Assembly (NCBI GenBank): GCA_040751795.1 | Contig: JBFMHR010000003.1 | Coordinates: 160,001-224,000, forward strand | Length of the DNA stretch: 64,000 nt | Direction of reading: 5' to 3' | DNA from: Thermoplasmatota archaeon | GTDB taxonomy: Archaea; Thermoplasmatota; Thermoplasmata; UBA10834 | In this document: one piece after another, positions 25,801 through 35,122 of the stretch | How positions within the stretch are numbered: the stretch's first letter is position 1 | How the letters are laid out: every line of letters begins with the position of its first letter | Translations under genes and position numbers: made by a program | Notes under the pieces: model-generated | The model's database searches: none | Told to the model about the DNA's origin: nothing | What the model saw: only the letters and a program-made list of their open reading frames with translations

Positions 25801-27548
25801 GGGAGACCGTGACGATCTCCGGATACCTCTACAACGTGGGCGAGGCCCCGGTCACCGGGATATCCGTGCACCTGGCCGTGGTCTACGACAGCACACTAGA
25901 CAGCGACGACATGACCATCACAGAGACGCTCGAGATGAACGACCGCTACCTCGTGTCCTTCGACTACACGCTCGAGGTCCTCGATGCGGACACAGAGATC
26001 GAGTTCACCATATCCGTGAACCCTGCCAGGTCCATCCTAGAGACGTCCTATCTGAACAACAACCAGTCGGGAGTGATGACGATCCTCGATGTGCGAGCCG
26101 ACTTCTCGGTCGACGTGGCCGATGTGTACATCGAGTACGGCGCTGAGGACGACGTGGAGCCGATCTTCGGCAACACGGTCACCATCGTGGCCCTCGTCTA
26201 CAACGAAGGCGGGACCGACCCAGGCGAGATCAACATCTCGTTCGGGATCGAGGGCACGCCCCTGCCGTTCGCGATCGTGAGCGACAGCTTCGCGCCAGGT
26301 CAGTCCCACGAGGTGCGCGCGGAGTACCTCATAAGCCTGACTGACGGGGACGTGTACCAGGTCTACGTCAATGTGGACTGCAACGAGTCATACTGGGAGA
26401 AGAACGAGACCAACAACTACGCCGCGATCGACTTCGAAGTGATTCAGCTGGAGGTCGACATCACGGTCAACGCGGCCTCGGCGGAGTACGAGGCCGACGA
26501 CACGATGGTCGTCACGGCATCCGTCGTCTACGCTGGCACTCAGACGCCGGTGAAGAGCCTGCGCGGCGTGCAGGTCGAGTTGGTGCCCCCGGATGACGAT
26601 GAGGCGATAGTGTGGTCCGAGGCCAAGTACACCAACTCGCAGGGCATGGTCTCGTTCGACCTGAGGGTGCCGGCCACGGCCGAGAGCGGGACCTACACGG
26701 TGATCTGCAGCATCGAAGGCCTGGCTGACACCGGCTCCGCGACGGTCGAGATAATCGGCACCGTCTCGGGCGGCGGCATCCCGCTCCTGGTCTGGATCGT
26801 GGTGATAGCGGCCATAGCCGCGGTCGTCATAGGCTTCACCGCGTACACCTACATCTACGGCCTCGGCAAGCTCGTCGAGTGCGGCGAGTGCGGCGAGTTC
26901 ATACCCGCGGCGAGCAAGAGGTGCCCGAAGTGTGGCGTGGAGTTCGAGGCCGGGACGATGAAGTGCTCCGAGTGCGGGGCATGGGTGCCGGCCGAGTCCA
27001 CAGAGTGCCCGAACTGCGGCGTCAAGTTCGTCGGAGAGGAGCTCGGGGAGGAGGACTATCTCGAGAAGATGAGGAAGGAGTACGACGAGATGGTCTCGAA
27101 GTACCGCGAGCTCGCGAAGGCGGAGCTGGGCAAGAAGTTCAGCGACAAGGCGTTCGAGCAGTGGTGGATGGCCCAGCCGGCGTACATCAGCTTCGACGAC
27201 TGGCTCGCGAAGGAGGAGGAGAAGCGGAAGGAGACCCCCGTCGCCTGCCCGGTCTGCGGGACGCTGAACCCGAAGGAGGCCACGGTCTGCAACAAGTGCG
27301 GTACGGTCTTCGCGGCTGCGGCAGTCACCGCGCAGAAGCGCCCGCCGCAGAGCCCGCCGAGCGGCGGGCAGGAGCCCGCCCAGGCGGCCCCCGCGGCGCA
27401 GCCCCCGGCGGAGCCGGCCCAGCAGCCGGCCGCGCCGAGGATGGTCATCCGCAGGCCGATCGACCGCAAGGTCGTCCCCAAGAAGATCATCAAGACCCCG
27501 CTGGGCGGCCAGGGCGAGGGCGACACGCAGAACGGCGAGAACCAGTAG
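22833..27548 (+). CDS. Giant membrane-anchored surface protein (beta-helix modules, 3 CARDB-like Ig domains, TM helix, cytoplasmic zinc ribbons)
   Basis: Signal peptide; acidic beta-rich body; xDL/F...VxN.G...E...NN CARDB motifs; TM 'IPLLVWIVVIAAIAAVVIGF'; three CxxC..CxxC ribbons after the TM. Confidence 0.82.
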   Translation: MEHRAGPILANRSLSALIVVSFVLSAFAGLYIAASPSPSAAQAPIGDLIVTSGTYIIENIEQPVDGDVVVSGGELIVRNGALMVISNVGAPRTVTVSGTGTLTLEHGVLTSYLDQIDPWPYLTLDIDGGGTVRASSQSILQFPGYITVQGGGALILEDSSIEPLSADDLAAYVSGSVLITADSADDGPAISVSDATLELYDSSITSLPEFPSDGVVASNLTLTGDSSLLAVNSYIDVDFGPAADIDDWYVHNMLVLEDSSSANLYGSYFEPYVGSLSQRAPSVSANGESYFALPATKAAEDNTGQPIADLLASDEGAIYHVDPGERLSIETFSAGASSAIDGATLYVRYSVGSTYDGEESFEWRLEGGTYASTGITPLASETTYVEKSFDLFAAGVATTDEIAAMDITFLNGGSSGSVGVDSMSIVITIGPEAYVYRWINITVGDEYGVPIPDCEISAIFTGSTSFGGQPSFYFGTDGISSTPPEEVLDYMGVDGASFGITGPMGIAQIPLLTDLISGGEYPNSLYVGTFELTGTVEQDSIIYSSTEAFSFPAYPAMSAADQQFEVTVDVEGISAESPDSSRWLVVPPDILIEDMEYYHAGDVIVASDGTLTLRNAVFRLVQTYANEHTIYVDGTANFVIEDSELVSALPIDIIVKGQGTLEVVDSTLTGVNIYATEEAVVKLNGASFNGLLTTSWDSEAYIMIYDSYLVQSPELSGSTVCEITNTSAPSIVVMDDAMAFLYRWIHITVFDGGDYPLEGADVYARFYVNETFWTSSKTDPSGVARLKSLSTILTSSGSTYIGQYRVNASYWSDGVEHVSDSEVSVSVMPYTQPLTENATFEVLLISSVLLPDLSVISDEILTDPEDVVLNGECTIYARVWNYGETAAINTTVDFLVGESLAVAELIGTDIVDTIAAGSFRDASITWVPDVTGLHTIWVVVNGAPDFDERTFNNNNASVVVDVLEYADLFMYPLSFYIYGTTTPIDSAAGGETVTISGYLYNVGEAPVTGISVHLAVVYDSTLDSDDMTITETLEMNDRYLVSFDYTLEVLDADTEIEFTISVNPARSILETSYLNNNQSGVMTILDVRADFSVDVADVYIEYGAEDDVEPIFGNTVTIVALVYNEGGTDPGEINISFGIEGTPLPFAIVSDSFAPGQSHEVRAEYLISLTDGDVYQVYVNVDCNESYWEKNETNNYAAIDFEVIQLEVDITVNAASAEYEADDTMVVTASVVYAGTQTPVKSLRGVQVELVPPDDDEAIVWSEAKYTNSQGMVSFDLRVPATAESGTYTVICSIEGLADTGSATVEIIGTVSGGGIPLLVWIVVIAAIAAVVIGFTAYTYIYGLGKLVECGECGEFIPAASKRCPKCGVEFEAGTMKCSECGAWVPAESTECPNCGVKFVGEELGEEDYLEKMRKEYDEMVSKYRELAKAELGKKFSDKAFEQWWMAQPAYISFDDWLAKEEEKRKETPVACPVCGTLNPKEATVCNKCGTVFAAAAVTAQKRPPQSPPSGGQEPAQAAPAAQPPAEPAQQPAAPRMVIRRPIDRKVVPKKIIKTPLGGQGEGDTQNGENQ

Positions 27549-27671
27549 GCTCTCCGCCCCAAACCTCCCAAACCTCTTCCACCGTTTCTCGGTCCTTCTT
27601 CTCCATCCTTCCTGGAGGGCGACCACCGCGGAATTATACGCGCGACCGCCATTCCTTCCCAGGGTAGAAGG

Positions 27672-28475
27672 ATGAAGGAGAACGAAGCGATCAGGACGAT
27701 GCTAGAGCACAGGTCGGTGAGGAGGTATTCGAGGCGCCGCCCCTCGGCCGAGTCGGTCGAGACCGTTGTGCGGGCGGGCCAGCAGGCGCCGTTCGCCTCC
27801 CAGATGTACAGCGTCGTACTGTCCAGGGACAGGACCAGGAACCCGTTCAGGGCACCGCTCCTCTTCACCGTGTGCATCGACTCGCACAAGTTCGAGCTGA
27901 TAATGGCGAAGAGGGGCTGGAGGATGGCGACCAACGACCTCACCCTCCTCTTCTTCGGGATAGAGGACGCCCTCCTGATGGCGGAGAACATGGTCGTGGC
28001 GGCGAGGAGCCTGGGGATGGGCAGCTGCTTCCTCGGGTTCGCGATGTACGACGCGGACAGGATCGCCCGAAGGCTGGGCCTGCCCCAGAGGGTGTTCCCG
28101 ATAGTCCAGCTGGCCATGGGGTATCCGGCGGAGGCCCCTCCGCCGAGACCGCGCTATCCCCTGGACTTCACGCTCTTCGAGGGCCGGTACCCGGAACTGG
28201 ACGACGAGGCGGTGTCGGCGGCTATGAAGGCCATGGACGACGGGTATCTGGCGCAGGATTACTACAGGGTCAACCGGGCGAAGATACCCCTCGAGGGGGG
28301 CAGGGAGGAGACCTACGACCTGAGCGACTACAGCTGGACGGAGCACATCTGCAGGAAGTGGGGGCAGTGGCACCCCAGCCCGGACGGGCTCCTGAGGCAG
28401 CTGGAGCTGAGGGGGTTCCACATATGCGGGGCCTCGGCCCCCGCCCCGAAGCGGCGGGGGCGCCGTCAAGGGTAG
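27672..28475 (+). CDS. Nitroreductase family flavoprotein
   Basis: HRSVRRY, AGQQAP, DALLMAENMVVAARSLGMGSCFLG, LAMGYP. Confidence 0.85.
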   Translation: MKENEAIRTMLEHRSVRRYSRRRPSAESVETVVRAGQQAPFASQMYSVVLSRDRTRNPFRAPLLFTVCIDSHKFELIMAKRGWRMATNDLTLLFFGIEDALLMAENMVVAARSLGMGSCFLGFAMYDADRIARRLGLPQRVFPIVQLAMGYPAEAPPPRPRYPLDFTLFEGRYPELDDEAVSAAMKAMDDGYLAQDYYRVNRAKIPLEGGREETYDLSDYSWTEHICRKWGQWHPSPDGLLRQLELRGFHICGASAPAPKRRGRRQG

Positions 28476-28494
28476 CGCGGCGTGCCGTCCACAC

Positions 28495-30210
28495 TCAGGC
28501 CGGTGCAGGGGCGCCCTCGGCCAGCTTCGCCCTGACCTCCTTCATGACCTTGTCGGGGTCCTTGTAGTAGGCGGAGATGATCGTGGCGACGCGCCTGTGG
28601 TTGTCCATCCCGACCTTCTTCATGTACTCGAGTATGTCCACGCGCCTCTTGATCTCCCTCTCCATCTCCCTGGGGGACCAGTTCCTGGCCATCCTGACCT
28701 TCTCGTAGATGTAGCTGTGGCCGCTGTAGTTGAAGGTGTCGTCCGCGGGGTTCCAGGTGTAGACCGAGTTGGTGATCAGCTCGTTCGTCTCCGGGTCTAT
28801 GCCCACGACCTCCGTGAGGGACTTGACCCGCCTGGTCATCTTGGTGCCCACCTTCACCTGCGCCTGCATGAGCACGAGGTTCAGCGCGGTGATGAGCGCC
28901 CTGGGCAGGTTGATGGGGTCGTTCTCCATCCTGTGCACCATCGCCTGGACGTCCTCCGCGTGGAACGTGGAGTAGCAGGTCTTGCCGGTCGCCATCGCCT
29001 GGAAGACGACGTACGCCTCCTTACCCCTGACCTCACCGACCATCAGGTACTGGGGCCTCTGCCTCATGGCCGCGGTGAGGAGGTCGAACATGTCTATCTC
29101 GCCGGACGCCCTCCCGGTGACGGCGCTCTTGCCGCCGAACCCCTCCCTGGTCAGGCCGGGGATCCAGTTCTCGTGGGGCAGGTTGAGCTCCCTGGTGTCC
29201 TCTATCGAGACGATCTTCATCTGGGGAGGTATGAACAGAAGGACGGCGTTCAGGGTGGTGGTCTTCCCGCTCGCCGTGCCGCCGCACACGAGCATCGACT
29301 GGCCGTGCTCGATGCTTATCCAGAGGTAGGCCATCATCTCGGTGCTCATGGTCTTGAACTTGAGGAGGTCCAGCGGCGTGAAGGGGTTCTCCTTGAACCG
29401 CCTGATGGTGAACGAGGAGCCCTTCTTGGTGACGTGCTTGCCGAGGGTGGCCTGCAGCCTCGAGCCGTCGGGGATGGTGGCGTCGAGGAGCGGGCTGGCG
29501 ACGGATATGTGCTTGCCGCACTTCTGGGCCAGCCAGACGACGAACCCGTCGAGCTCCTGCTCCTTCTCGAACTTGAGGTTGGACCTTATGGAGCCGTACT
29601 TCCTGTGGTAGATGTACAGCGGGACGGCGACCCCGTCGCACGAGCAGTCCTCGACGCTCGGGTCGGTCATCATTACGTCTATGACGCCGTAGCCCAGGAA
29701 GTCCCTGAGGACGTAGTACACCACCTTCTCCTTGGATATGGGGTGGAGCGTGATGCCGAGCTTGACCATGAGCTCGTCGACGATCCTCCTCAGGTACTTC
29801 TCCTTCTCGGACTTCTCGGCCTCGGTCATCCTCTCGACCGAGCCGACCAGCGTCTCCTTGAGGAGCTCCAGCACGTCCGACTCGTCATCGGACAGCTTCG
29901 GCTCTATGACCTCGTACGTGTACTCGTTGGCGCGGTTGTCGTACCTTATCCGCACATAGGAGTAGTTCTGCTTGACCGGGGTCATCTCGACCTCGTCGAC
30001 GTTCGACTCGGTTATCTTGGGGACCTCGGTGATCTGGCTGAAGTCCACCTTCGCCTCGCTCTTCGAGACGGTGATGAGGGTGGGCCTCGGCTTGAGCTTC
30101 ATGAGGACGCCGTAGTACGCAGCGCGTATGCCGCCGCTCTTCGGCTTCTCCTCTGGGACGGTCTGCTCTGCACTCTCTTCGGTCTTGGCGCGCTCGGTCT
30201 CGGTCATCTC
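28495..30210 (-). CDS. Type IV pilus/archaellum-family assembly ATPase (VirB11/FlaI-like), copy 2
   Basis: VEDCSCDG, SFTIRRF, GGTASGKTT, SIEDTRE, RQRPQYLMVGEVRG, STFHA. Confidence 0.92.
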   Translation of the reverse strand, partial: EMTETERAKTEESAEQTVPEEKPKSGGIRAAYYGVLMKLKPRPTLITVSKSEAKVDFSQITEVPKITESNVDEVEMTPVKQNYSYVRIRYDNRANEYTYEVIEPKLSDDESDVLELLKETLVGSVERMTEAEKSEKEKYLRRIVDELMVKLGITLHPISKEKVVYYVLRDFLGYGVIDVMMTDPSVEDCSCDGVAVPLYIYHRKYGSIRSNLKFEKEQELDGFVVWLAQKCGKHISVASPLLDATIPDGSRLQATLGKHVTKKGSSFTIRRFKENPFTPLDLLKFKTMSTEMMAYLWISIEHGQSMLVCGGTASGKTTTLNAVLLFIPPQMKIVSIEDTRELNLPHENWIPGLTREGFGGKSAVTGRASGEIDMFDLLTAAMRQRPQYLMVGEVRGKEAYVVFQAMATGKTCYSTFHAEDVQAMVHRMENDPINLPRALITALNLVLMQAQVKVGTKMTRRVKSLTEVVGIDPETNELITNSVYTWNPADDTFNYSGHSYIYEKVRMARNWSPREMEREIKRRVDILEYMKKVGMDNHRRVATIISAYYKDPDKVMKEVRAKLAEGAPAPA

Positions 30211-30212
30211 AA

Positions 30213-31148
30213 TCACGCAAACAGTACCCTAAGCATCACGAACCCGGCCAGCAGCATGATGAAGCTGTGCCTCATCCCTATCGGCAGGCTGCCCTTCTGT
30301 ATCACGCCCGCGAGCAGCCCGTCGCCCACGGCGTGCACGACCACCGCGAGCAGGAACACGAACCCGACGTCCTCGATCACGCTTATCTTGATGTTGACGC
30401 CGGGTATCTCCGCGATGCCCATCTCCTGGGCCGCCTCGCTGACCGTCGTCCCCGCCTCCTCCATCTTCGGCAGGAACTGGAGGTTGAGGATCAGGATGGT
30501 CGCGATGAACACGAAGAAGGAGATGTACACGACCATGACGTAGGTGGACATGGTCAGGTTCCTCTCCTCCTGGGTCAGGATCGCCTCCTTGGCGTCGTGG
30601 GAGACCATCGTCAGCACGTCGGCGACGTTGCCGCCCGCGTCGTTGGCCTTCCTTATGATCGAGGCCATCCTCACGACCAGGGGGGTCTTGACCCTCTCCG
30701 AGAAGAGCCGTATGGCCTCGGAGGCGGGGACTCCCCACTCTATCTGGGCGGACATCTTCTTGATCTCCGGCGTGAGCCTCCCGTACCTCCCGGTGGATGC
30801 CACCACTATCGAGTCGGCCAGGGTCATGCCGAACCTGCCCGCCTCGGCGACGTCCCTGAGGAAGTCGGGGAGCCTCGTCTCTATCTCCTTGACGTTCCTC
30901 TCCTTCGTGGACACGTAGAACCCGTACGGCCCGAGGAGGGCCAGCAGGGCGAAGATGACGTAGTCGATCGGGTCGAAGGGGAGCGCCAGGCTGCCCATGG
31001 AGTCGATGAGGGCCATGAAGCCGAACACGCCCACGAGCGCCATGGACACGATCAGTATGGTCCTCGTCTTGTCGGCCTTCTCAGTGGCGAGTATCTCCTT
31101 GACCGCCCTCTTCTGCTCGGCCTGGGAGAGCTTCTTGACAGCCGCCAT
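30213..31148 (-). CDS. Type II secretion system F / TadC-like membrane platform protein
   Basis: LPDFLRD, YGRLTPE..WG, GGNV..VL; several TM helices; start MAAVKK. Confidence 0.85.
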   Translation of the reverse strand: MAAVKKLSQAEQKRAVKEILATEKADKTRTILIVSMALVGVFGFMALIDSMGSLALPFDPIDYVIFALLALLGPYGFYVSTKERNVKEIETRLPDFLRDVAEAGRFGMTLADSIVVASTGRYGRLTPEIKKMSAQIEWGVPASEAIRLFSERVKTPLVVRMASIIRKANDAGGNVADVLTMVSHDAKEAILTQEERNLTMSTYVMVVYISFFVFIATILILNLQFLPKMEEAGTTVSEAAQEMGIAEIPGVNIKISVIEDVGFVFLLAVVVHAVGDGLLAGVIQKGSLPIGMRHSFIMLLAGFVMLRVLFA

Positions 31149-32182
31149 CACATAGCACTCTCCTTGGACATGTTCCAGATGACGAAGATGAAGCCGAACT
31201 GGGATATGGGTATCATCAGGCCGACCACCATGTAGAGCAGGAGCACCATCATGTCGGAGTCGCCGCCCCCGACGATGGCCATGATCGCCATGATGAGCAC
31301 GAGGAACAGGGGGAACGCCACCACGACGGTGACGAACGACTCCGCCAGCATGCCCAGCGTCTCCATCTGGGACTTCATCGCGAGCTTGTTCTCCTTCTGG
31401 TACTCCTCCGCCTTGAGCAGGAAGTAGGGCTTCAGCTGCCCGCCGGATGTGGATGTGGTGATGACGCCCTGCAGGAACTCCTGGAACTTGGAGGACGGGG
31501 ACCTCTTGGCGGCCTTCTTGATCGCCGTGAGGATGTCGGAGCCGAGCAGCTCGGTGTCCCTGGTGATCCACGCGGCCTCGGAGGCTATCTCGCCGTAGAC
31601 CTTCTGCCTGGAGAGCTCCTTGAATATGACGTCGATGTTGACGTCTGCCGACGCCATGGCCGAGATGAAGCTCATCGCCGCGGCGATCCTCTTGTCTATG
31701 TCCCTGCCCCTGGATTTCGCCTTCGAGGCGGGGGAGCCGGACATTATGACGTAGGCCATCATGGGCAGCACGATGACCGCGGCCAGCGAGATCAGCACCC
31801 TCATCATCAGCCCCACCCCGAGGAGGCCGAACAGGACGACCCCGACGCCGACCGCTATCGCGATCCCGATGGCGGCAGCGATGATGGTGCCCATGACCAC
31901 CGACGCGTAGTACTCCTCGGCCCTGATCTTCATGTGGGCCTTCATCAGGTTCTCCTCGAGGAGCTGGTTGTTGGCGGCCTTCTCGGTGGCGTACCTGCCC
32001 ATGACCCGCCAGGAGAAGTCCTGGAAGGGCGTGAGCTTGACGTAGTCGGGTATCGCGCCCTTCGGCAGCCTGACCGCGTGGGGCCCGATGTCCTCCTTGT
32101 AGGCTCCCTTGGTCTTGATGTAGTCGCCCTTCTTGACCTCGACCCTCTTGAAGACGTCCGATACCTCAGGCAGGCGCAACAC
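31148..32182 (-). CDS. Type II secretion system F / TadB-TadC-like membrane platform protein
   Basis: L.KAHMKI..EEY, YGEIASE...LLG.DI..A, SPS..F..FL, SGG; TM helices. Confidence 0.85.
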   Translation of the reverse strand: MLRLPEVSDVFKRVEVKKGDYIKTKGAYKEDIGPHAVRLPKGAIPDYVKLTPFQDFSWRVMGRYATEKAANNQLLEENLMKAHMKIRAEEYYASVVMGTIIAAAIGIAIAVGVGVVLFGLLGVGLMMRVLISLAAVIVLPMMAYVIMSGSPASKAKSRGRDIDKRIAAAMSFISAMASADVNIDVIFKELSRQKVYGEIASEAAWITRDTELLGSDILTAIKKAAKRSPSSKFQEFLQGVITTSTSGGQLKPYFLLKAEEYQKENKLAMKSQMETLGMLAESFVTVVVAFPLFLVLIMAIMAIVGGGDSDMMVLLLYMVVGLMIPISQFGFIFVIWNMSKESAM

Positions 32183-33929
32183 CCCCTGTCGGCGCCCTGA
32201 CGGGGACCTGTGGCGGCGCGCTCAGGTGCAGCTCCTTCCTGGCCCGCTCCGCGGTGATCTTGGGGTCCTTGTAGTAGGCCCTGATGAGATCCCAGATCTC
32301 CCTGTGGTCGCTGAGGTCCTTGGCCACCATGTACTTGATTATGTCCACACGCCGCTCGAACTCCTGCAGGAGCTCCTCGTGCGTGAGGTTCTTCATCTCC
32401 ATGATCTTGTCGAACAGGAAGCTGTGGCCCTTGAAGATGAACTTGTCAGTCGCCTGGTCCCACTCGTACACCGTGTTGCTGATGAGCTCGTTCGTCTCGG
32501 GCTCGAAACCGACGATCTCGATCAGCTGCTTGATCCTCCTGACCATGTCCATCCCGACCCTCGCGTGGGTCTGGATGATGACGTTCCTGAGCGCGGTCAG
32601 CAGGATCCTCGGGCAGTTGATGGGCGGGTTCTCGAGCCTGTTCACCATGCCCTTGACCGAGTCGGCGTGCATGGTGGAGTAGGTCGTGTGGCCGGTGGCC
32701 ATCGCCTGGAACATCGTGTAGGTCTCCTTGCCCCTGACCTCTCCCACGATGATGTAGTTGGGCCTCTGCCTCAGCGCGGCCCTCACGAGGTCGTACATGT
32801 CGATCTCGCCCGCGGCCTTGCCGTCGGGCCCGCGTTCCCCGCTGCCGGTCCTGGTCGCGCCGGGGATCCAGTTCTCGTGGGGCAGGTTGATCTCCCTGGT
32901 GTCCTCCATCGTGACGACCTTGGCCCCGGGCGGGATGAAGAGGGCCATGGCGTTCAGCGTGGCCGTCTTGCCGCTCGCGGTGCCGCCCGCGATGATGGCC
33001 GACTCGCCATGCTCGACGCTGAGCCAGAGGTACGCGACGATCTCGGGCGAGGCCGTCCCGTACTTGATCAGCTCGACTGGCGTGAAGGGCTTCTCCTTGA
33101 ACCGCCTGATGGTGAACGACGCGCCCCTGGTGGTGACCTCCCTCGCGTACGTCGCCTGGACCCTGTGCCCCTCGGGGGTCGTGCCGTCCAGGATCGGGTT
33201 GGACACCGACAGCTGCTTCCCGCACCTCTGGCCGAGCGAAATGACGAACGAGTTCAGGTCGTCCTCGTCGTTGAAGATGATGCTGGTCTTGATGGACTCG
33301 AACTTGTTGTGGAACAGGAACAGCGGGATGCCCACGCCGTCGCATGAGACGTCCTCCACATGCGGGTCGCGCATGAGGGTGTCGATCGGCCCGTACCCGA
33401 CGAAGTCCCTGGAGATGTAGTACTTTATCTTGTCCTCGGAGATGGGCTCGAGCCTTATCCCCCTGGACCTGATGTAGCTGTCGACGCTCTTATCCAGGTA
33501 GCTCTCCTTGTCCATCACGTCGAGCTTCTCCCACTCGTAGTCGAGGGTCATCTCGAAGGTGTTCTTGATCCGGTTGAGCAGCTCCTGCTCGAAGTCGTTG
33601 AGCTTCGGCTCGATCACGGTCATGAGGTAGTCGCTCACGGACGTGTCGTAGGTCACCCTGATGTAGCTGAAGGGCTCGACGACGCTGTAGAACGCCATCT
33701 CCTGGATGTTGGTGTCGGTGATGGGCGGGACGTCGGTGTACGGCGAGCCCTTGCCGTTCTTCCACCTGCGCCTCCTGGCCTCCGCGCCCTTGGCCTGCTT
33801 CTTCTTCACGGGCTCGGACTTGAGCTTGCTGAGCGCGTTGATGTACCCGCGCCAGATCTTCGTCGACACCGGCTGCTTCGGGCCCCTCAGGGGCACGTCG
33901 TGCTTCACCTTCGTCTCTGCCTCGGCCAT
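32166..33929 (-). CDS. Type IV pilus/archaellum-family assembly ATPase (VirB11/FlaI-like), copy 1
   Basis: VEDVSCDG, SFTIRRF, GGTASGKT, EDTRE, LRQRPNYIIVGEVRG, STMHA; GGAGGCGGTGA RBS. Confidence 0.92.
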   Translation of the reverse strand: MAEAETKVKHDVPLRGPKQPVSTKIWRGYINALSKLKSEPVKKKQAKGAEARRRRWKNGKGSPYTDVPPITDTNIQEMAFYSVVEPFSYIRVTYDTSVSDYLMTVIEPKLNDFEQELLNRIKNTFEMTLDYEWEKLDVMDKESYLDKSVDSYIRSRGIRLEPISEDKIKYYISRDFVGYGPIDTLMRDPHVEDVSCDGVGIPLFLFHNKFESIKTSIIFNDEDDLNSFVISLGQRCGKQLSVSNPILDGTTPEGHRVQATYAREVTTRGASFTIRRFKEKPFTPVELIKYGTASPEIVAYLWLSVEHGESAIIAGGTASGKTATLNAMALFIPPGAKVVTMEDTREINLPHENWIPGATRTGSGERGPDGKAAGEIDMYDLVRAALRQRPNYIIVGEVRGKETYTMFQAMATGHTTYSTMHADSVKGMVNRLENPPINCPRILLTALRNVIIQTHARVGMDMVRRIKQLIEIVGFEPETNELISNTVYEWDQATDKFIFKGHSFLFDKIMEMKNLTHEELLQEFERRVDIIKYMVAKDLSDHREIWDLIRAYYKDPKITAERARKELHLSAPPQVPVRAPTGGVAPA

Positions 33930-33941
33930 CCTCACCGCCTC

Positions 33942-34925
33942 CTACAGGGACACCTCGCCGAGCGACATCTGGATGGTCGCATGGGTGTGGTCGAAGACGT
34001 TCACATCGTTGATCACGACGGTCACCAGGTAGCAGCCCACGGCCCTGCCGAGGTACGTGTACGTATCGTCGTACTGGGTGGACACCGAGTAGTCTGTCGT
34101 GTAGTCCAGGCCGGCCAGCGACGAGTTGAGGGCCCTGTTGAAGTAGGATGCCCAGGCCGTCCCGTGCATCGTGAATACCGTTATGGTGATGGATGAGCCG
34201 GACCCCGACTTGAGGGTGTTCGTGTCCGCGTACATCATCTCCGCGTTGATGCTCTTGGTCCCGGTTCCGCCGATGGTCTTGTTGGGGCCGAAGAGCGAGA
34301 CCTGGGTCAGCTTCACGACCCTGCTCCCGGACACGTCGCTCACGGAGAACTGCGGCCCCGAGATGATGAACTCCCCGTCGGACTGGTTCAGGATCACCGC
34401 CCCGGCCTCGTAGACCAGGTACTGCTCGACGTAGTACCTGTTGGGGGCGTAGAGGTGGACGTAGCCTCCCGCGTGGCCGCCCGTCGACGGGCTGAGGGTG
34501 AAGTCGTCGTCCACATACGTGACGTTGACGCATGGGAGGGCGGACGTGGTCTCGTGCTTGAATTCGAGGATGCCCGCCGTGGGCTCAGCGAATATGGGTA
34601 TCCCCGAGGCATGGAGGGTGATCGGCGCCACTATCGGGGCCGGGGCGAGCAGGCTGTTCGAGTAGTCTGCCACCAGCCCGTCAATGTCCGCCTTGAAGCC
34701 CAGCATCTGGGTGACGGCGGTCGCCATGTGGGTGCTCTCGTTGTCGCTCATCCAGACGGGGACGAACTGGTTGGTGAACATCCCCATGAACGTGAGGAAT
34801 ACGAGGAGGGACATTATCGTACCTATGGTCGCGGCGACGCCCTCGTCGTCCCACCTCGGTGACTTCTTGATGCGTTCAACCGCATAGAATTTACAATAGC
34901 GGACTCGCAGATGTGACAAATCCAT
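33942..34925 (-). CDS. Archaeal type IV pilin-like protein (class III signal peptide)
   Basis: KKSPRWDDEG|VAATIGTIMSLLVFLTF hydrophobic helix, VPVW...E..H; first gene of the pilus operon. Confidence 0.8.
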   Translation of the reverse strand: MDLSHLRVRYCKFYAVERIKKSPRWDDEGVAATIGTIMSLLVFLTFMGMFTNQFVPVWMSDNESTHMATAVTQMLGFKADIDGLVADYSNSLLAPAPIVAPITLHASGIPIFAEPTAGILEFKHETTSALPCVNVTYVDDDFTLSPSTGGHAGGYVHLYAPNRYYVEQYLVYEAGAVILNQSDGEFIISGPQFSVSDVSGSRVVKLTQVSLFGPNKTIGGTGTKSINAEMMYADTNTLKSGSGSSITITVFTMHGTAWASYFNRALNSSLAGLDYTTDYSVSTQYDDTYTYLGRAVGCYLVTVVINDVNVFDHTHATIQMSLGEVSL

Positions 34926-34940
34926 CCTACCACCGAAGGG

Positions 34941-35010
34941 GGTTGCTGAAGCAACCTAATCAGCACCTGGAATATATTTAAAGGTGTCGTTTTTGCTATC
35001 GTCTGGAATA
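34941..35010 (-). promoter_or_regulatory. Pilus operon promoter (minus-strand TTTAAATA) with a palindrome and direct repeats
   Basis: GGTTGCT-GA-AGCAACC at 34941-34956; CTGGAATA at 34967 and 35003; TATA at about 34975-34982. Confidence 0.5.
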
Positions 35011-35122
35011 CACCTTCCGAAAACACGCCAGGAACCGCCTTCCGCGCGCGTCCCGCGCCTCCTCCGGGGCCCCTCCCCGAGCCCTCGTCCGATGAGGCGC
35101 TCCCCGCCGCCCCTCCGACCAA

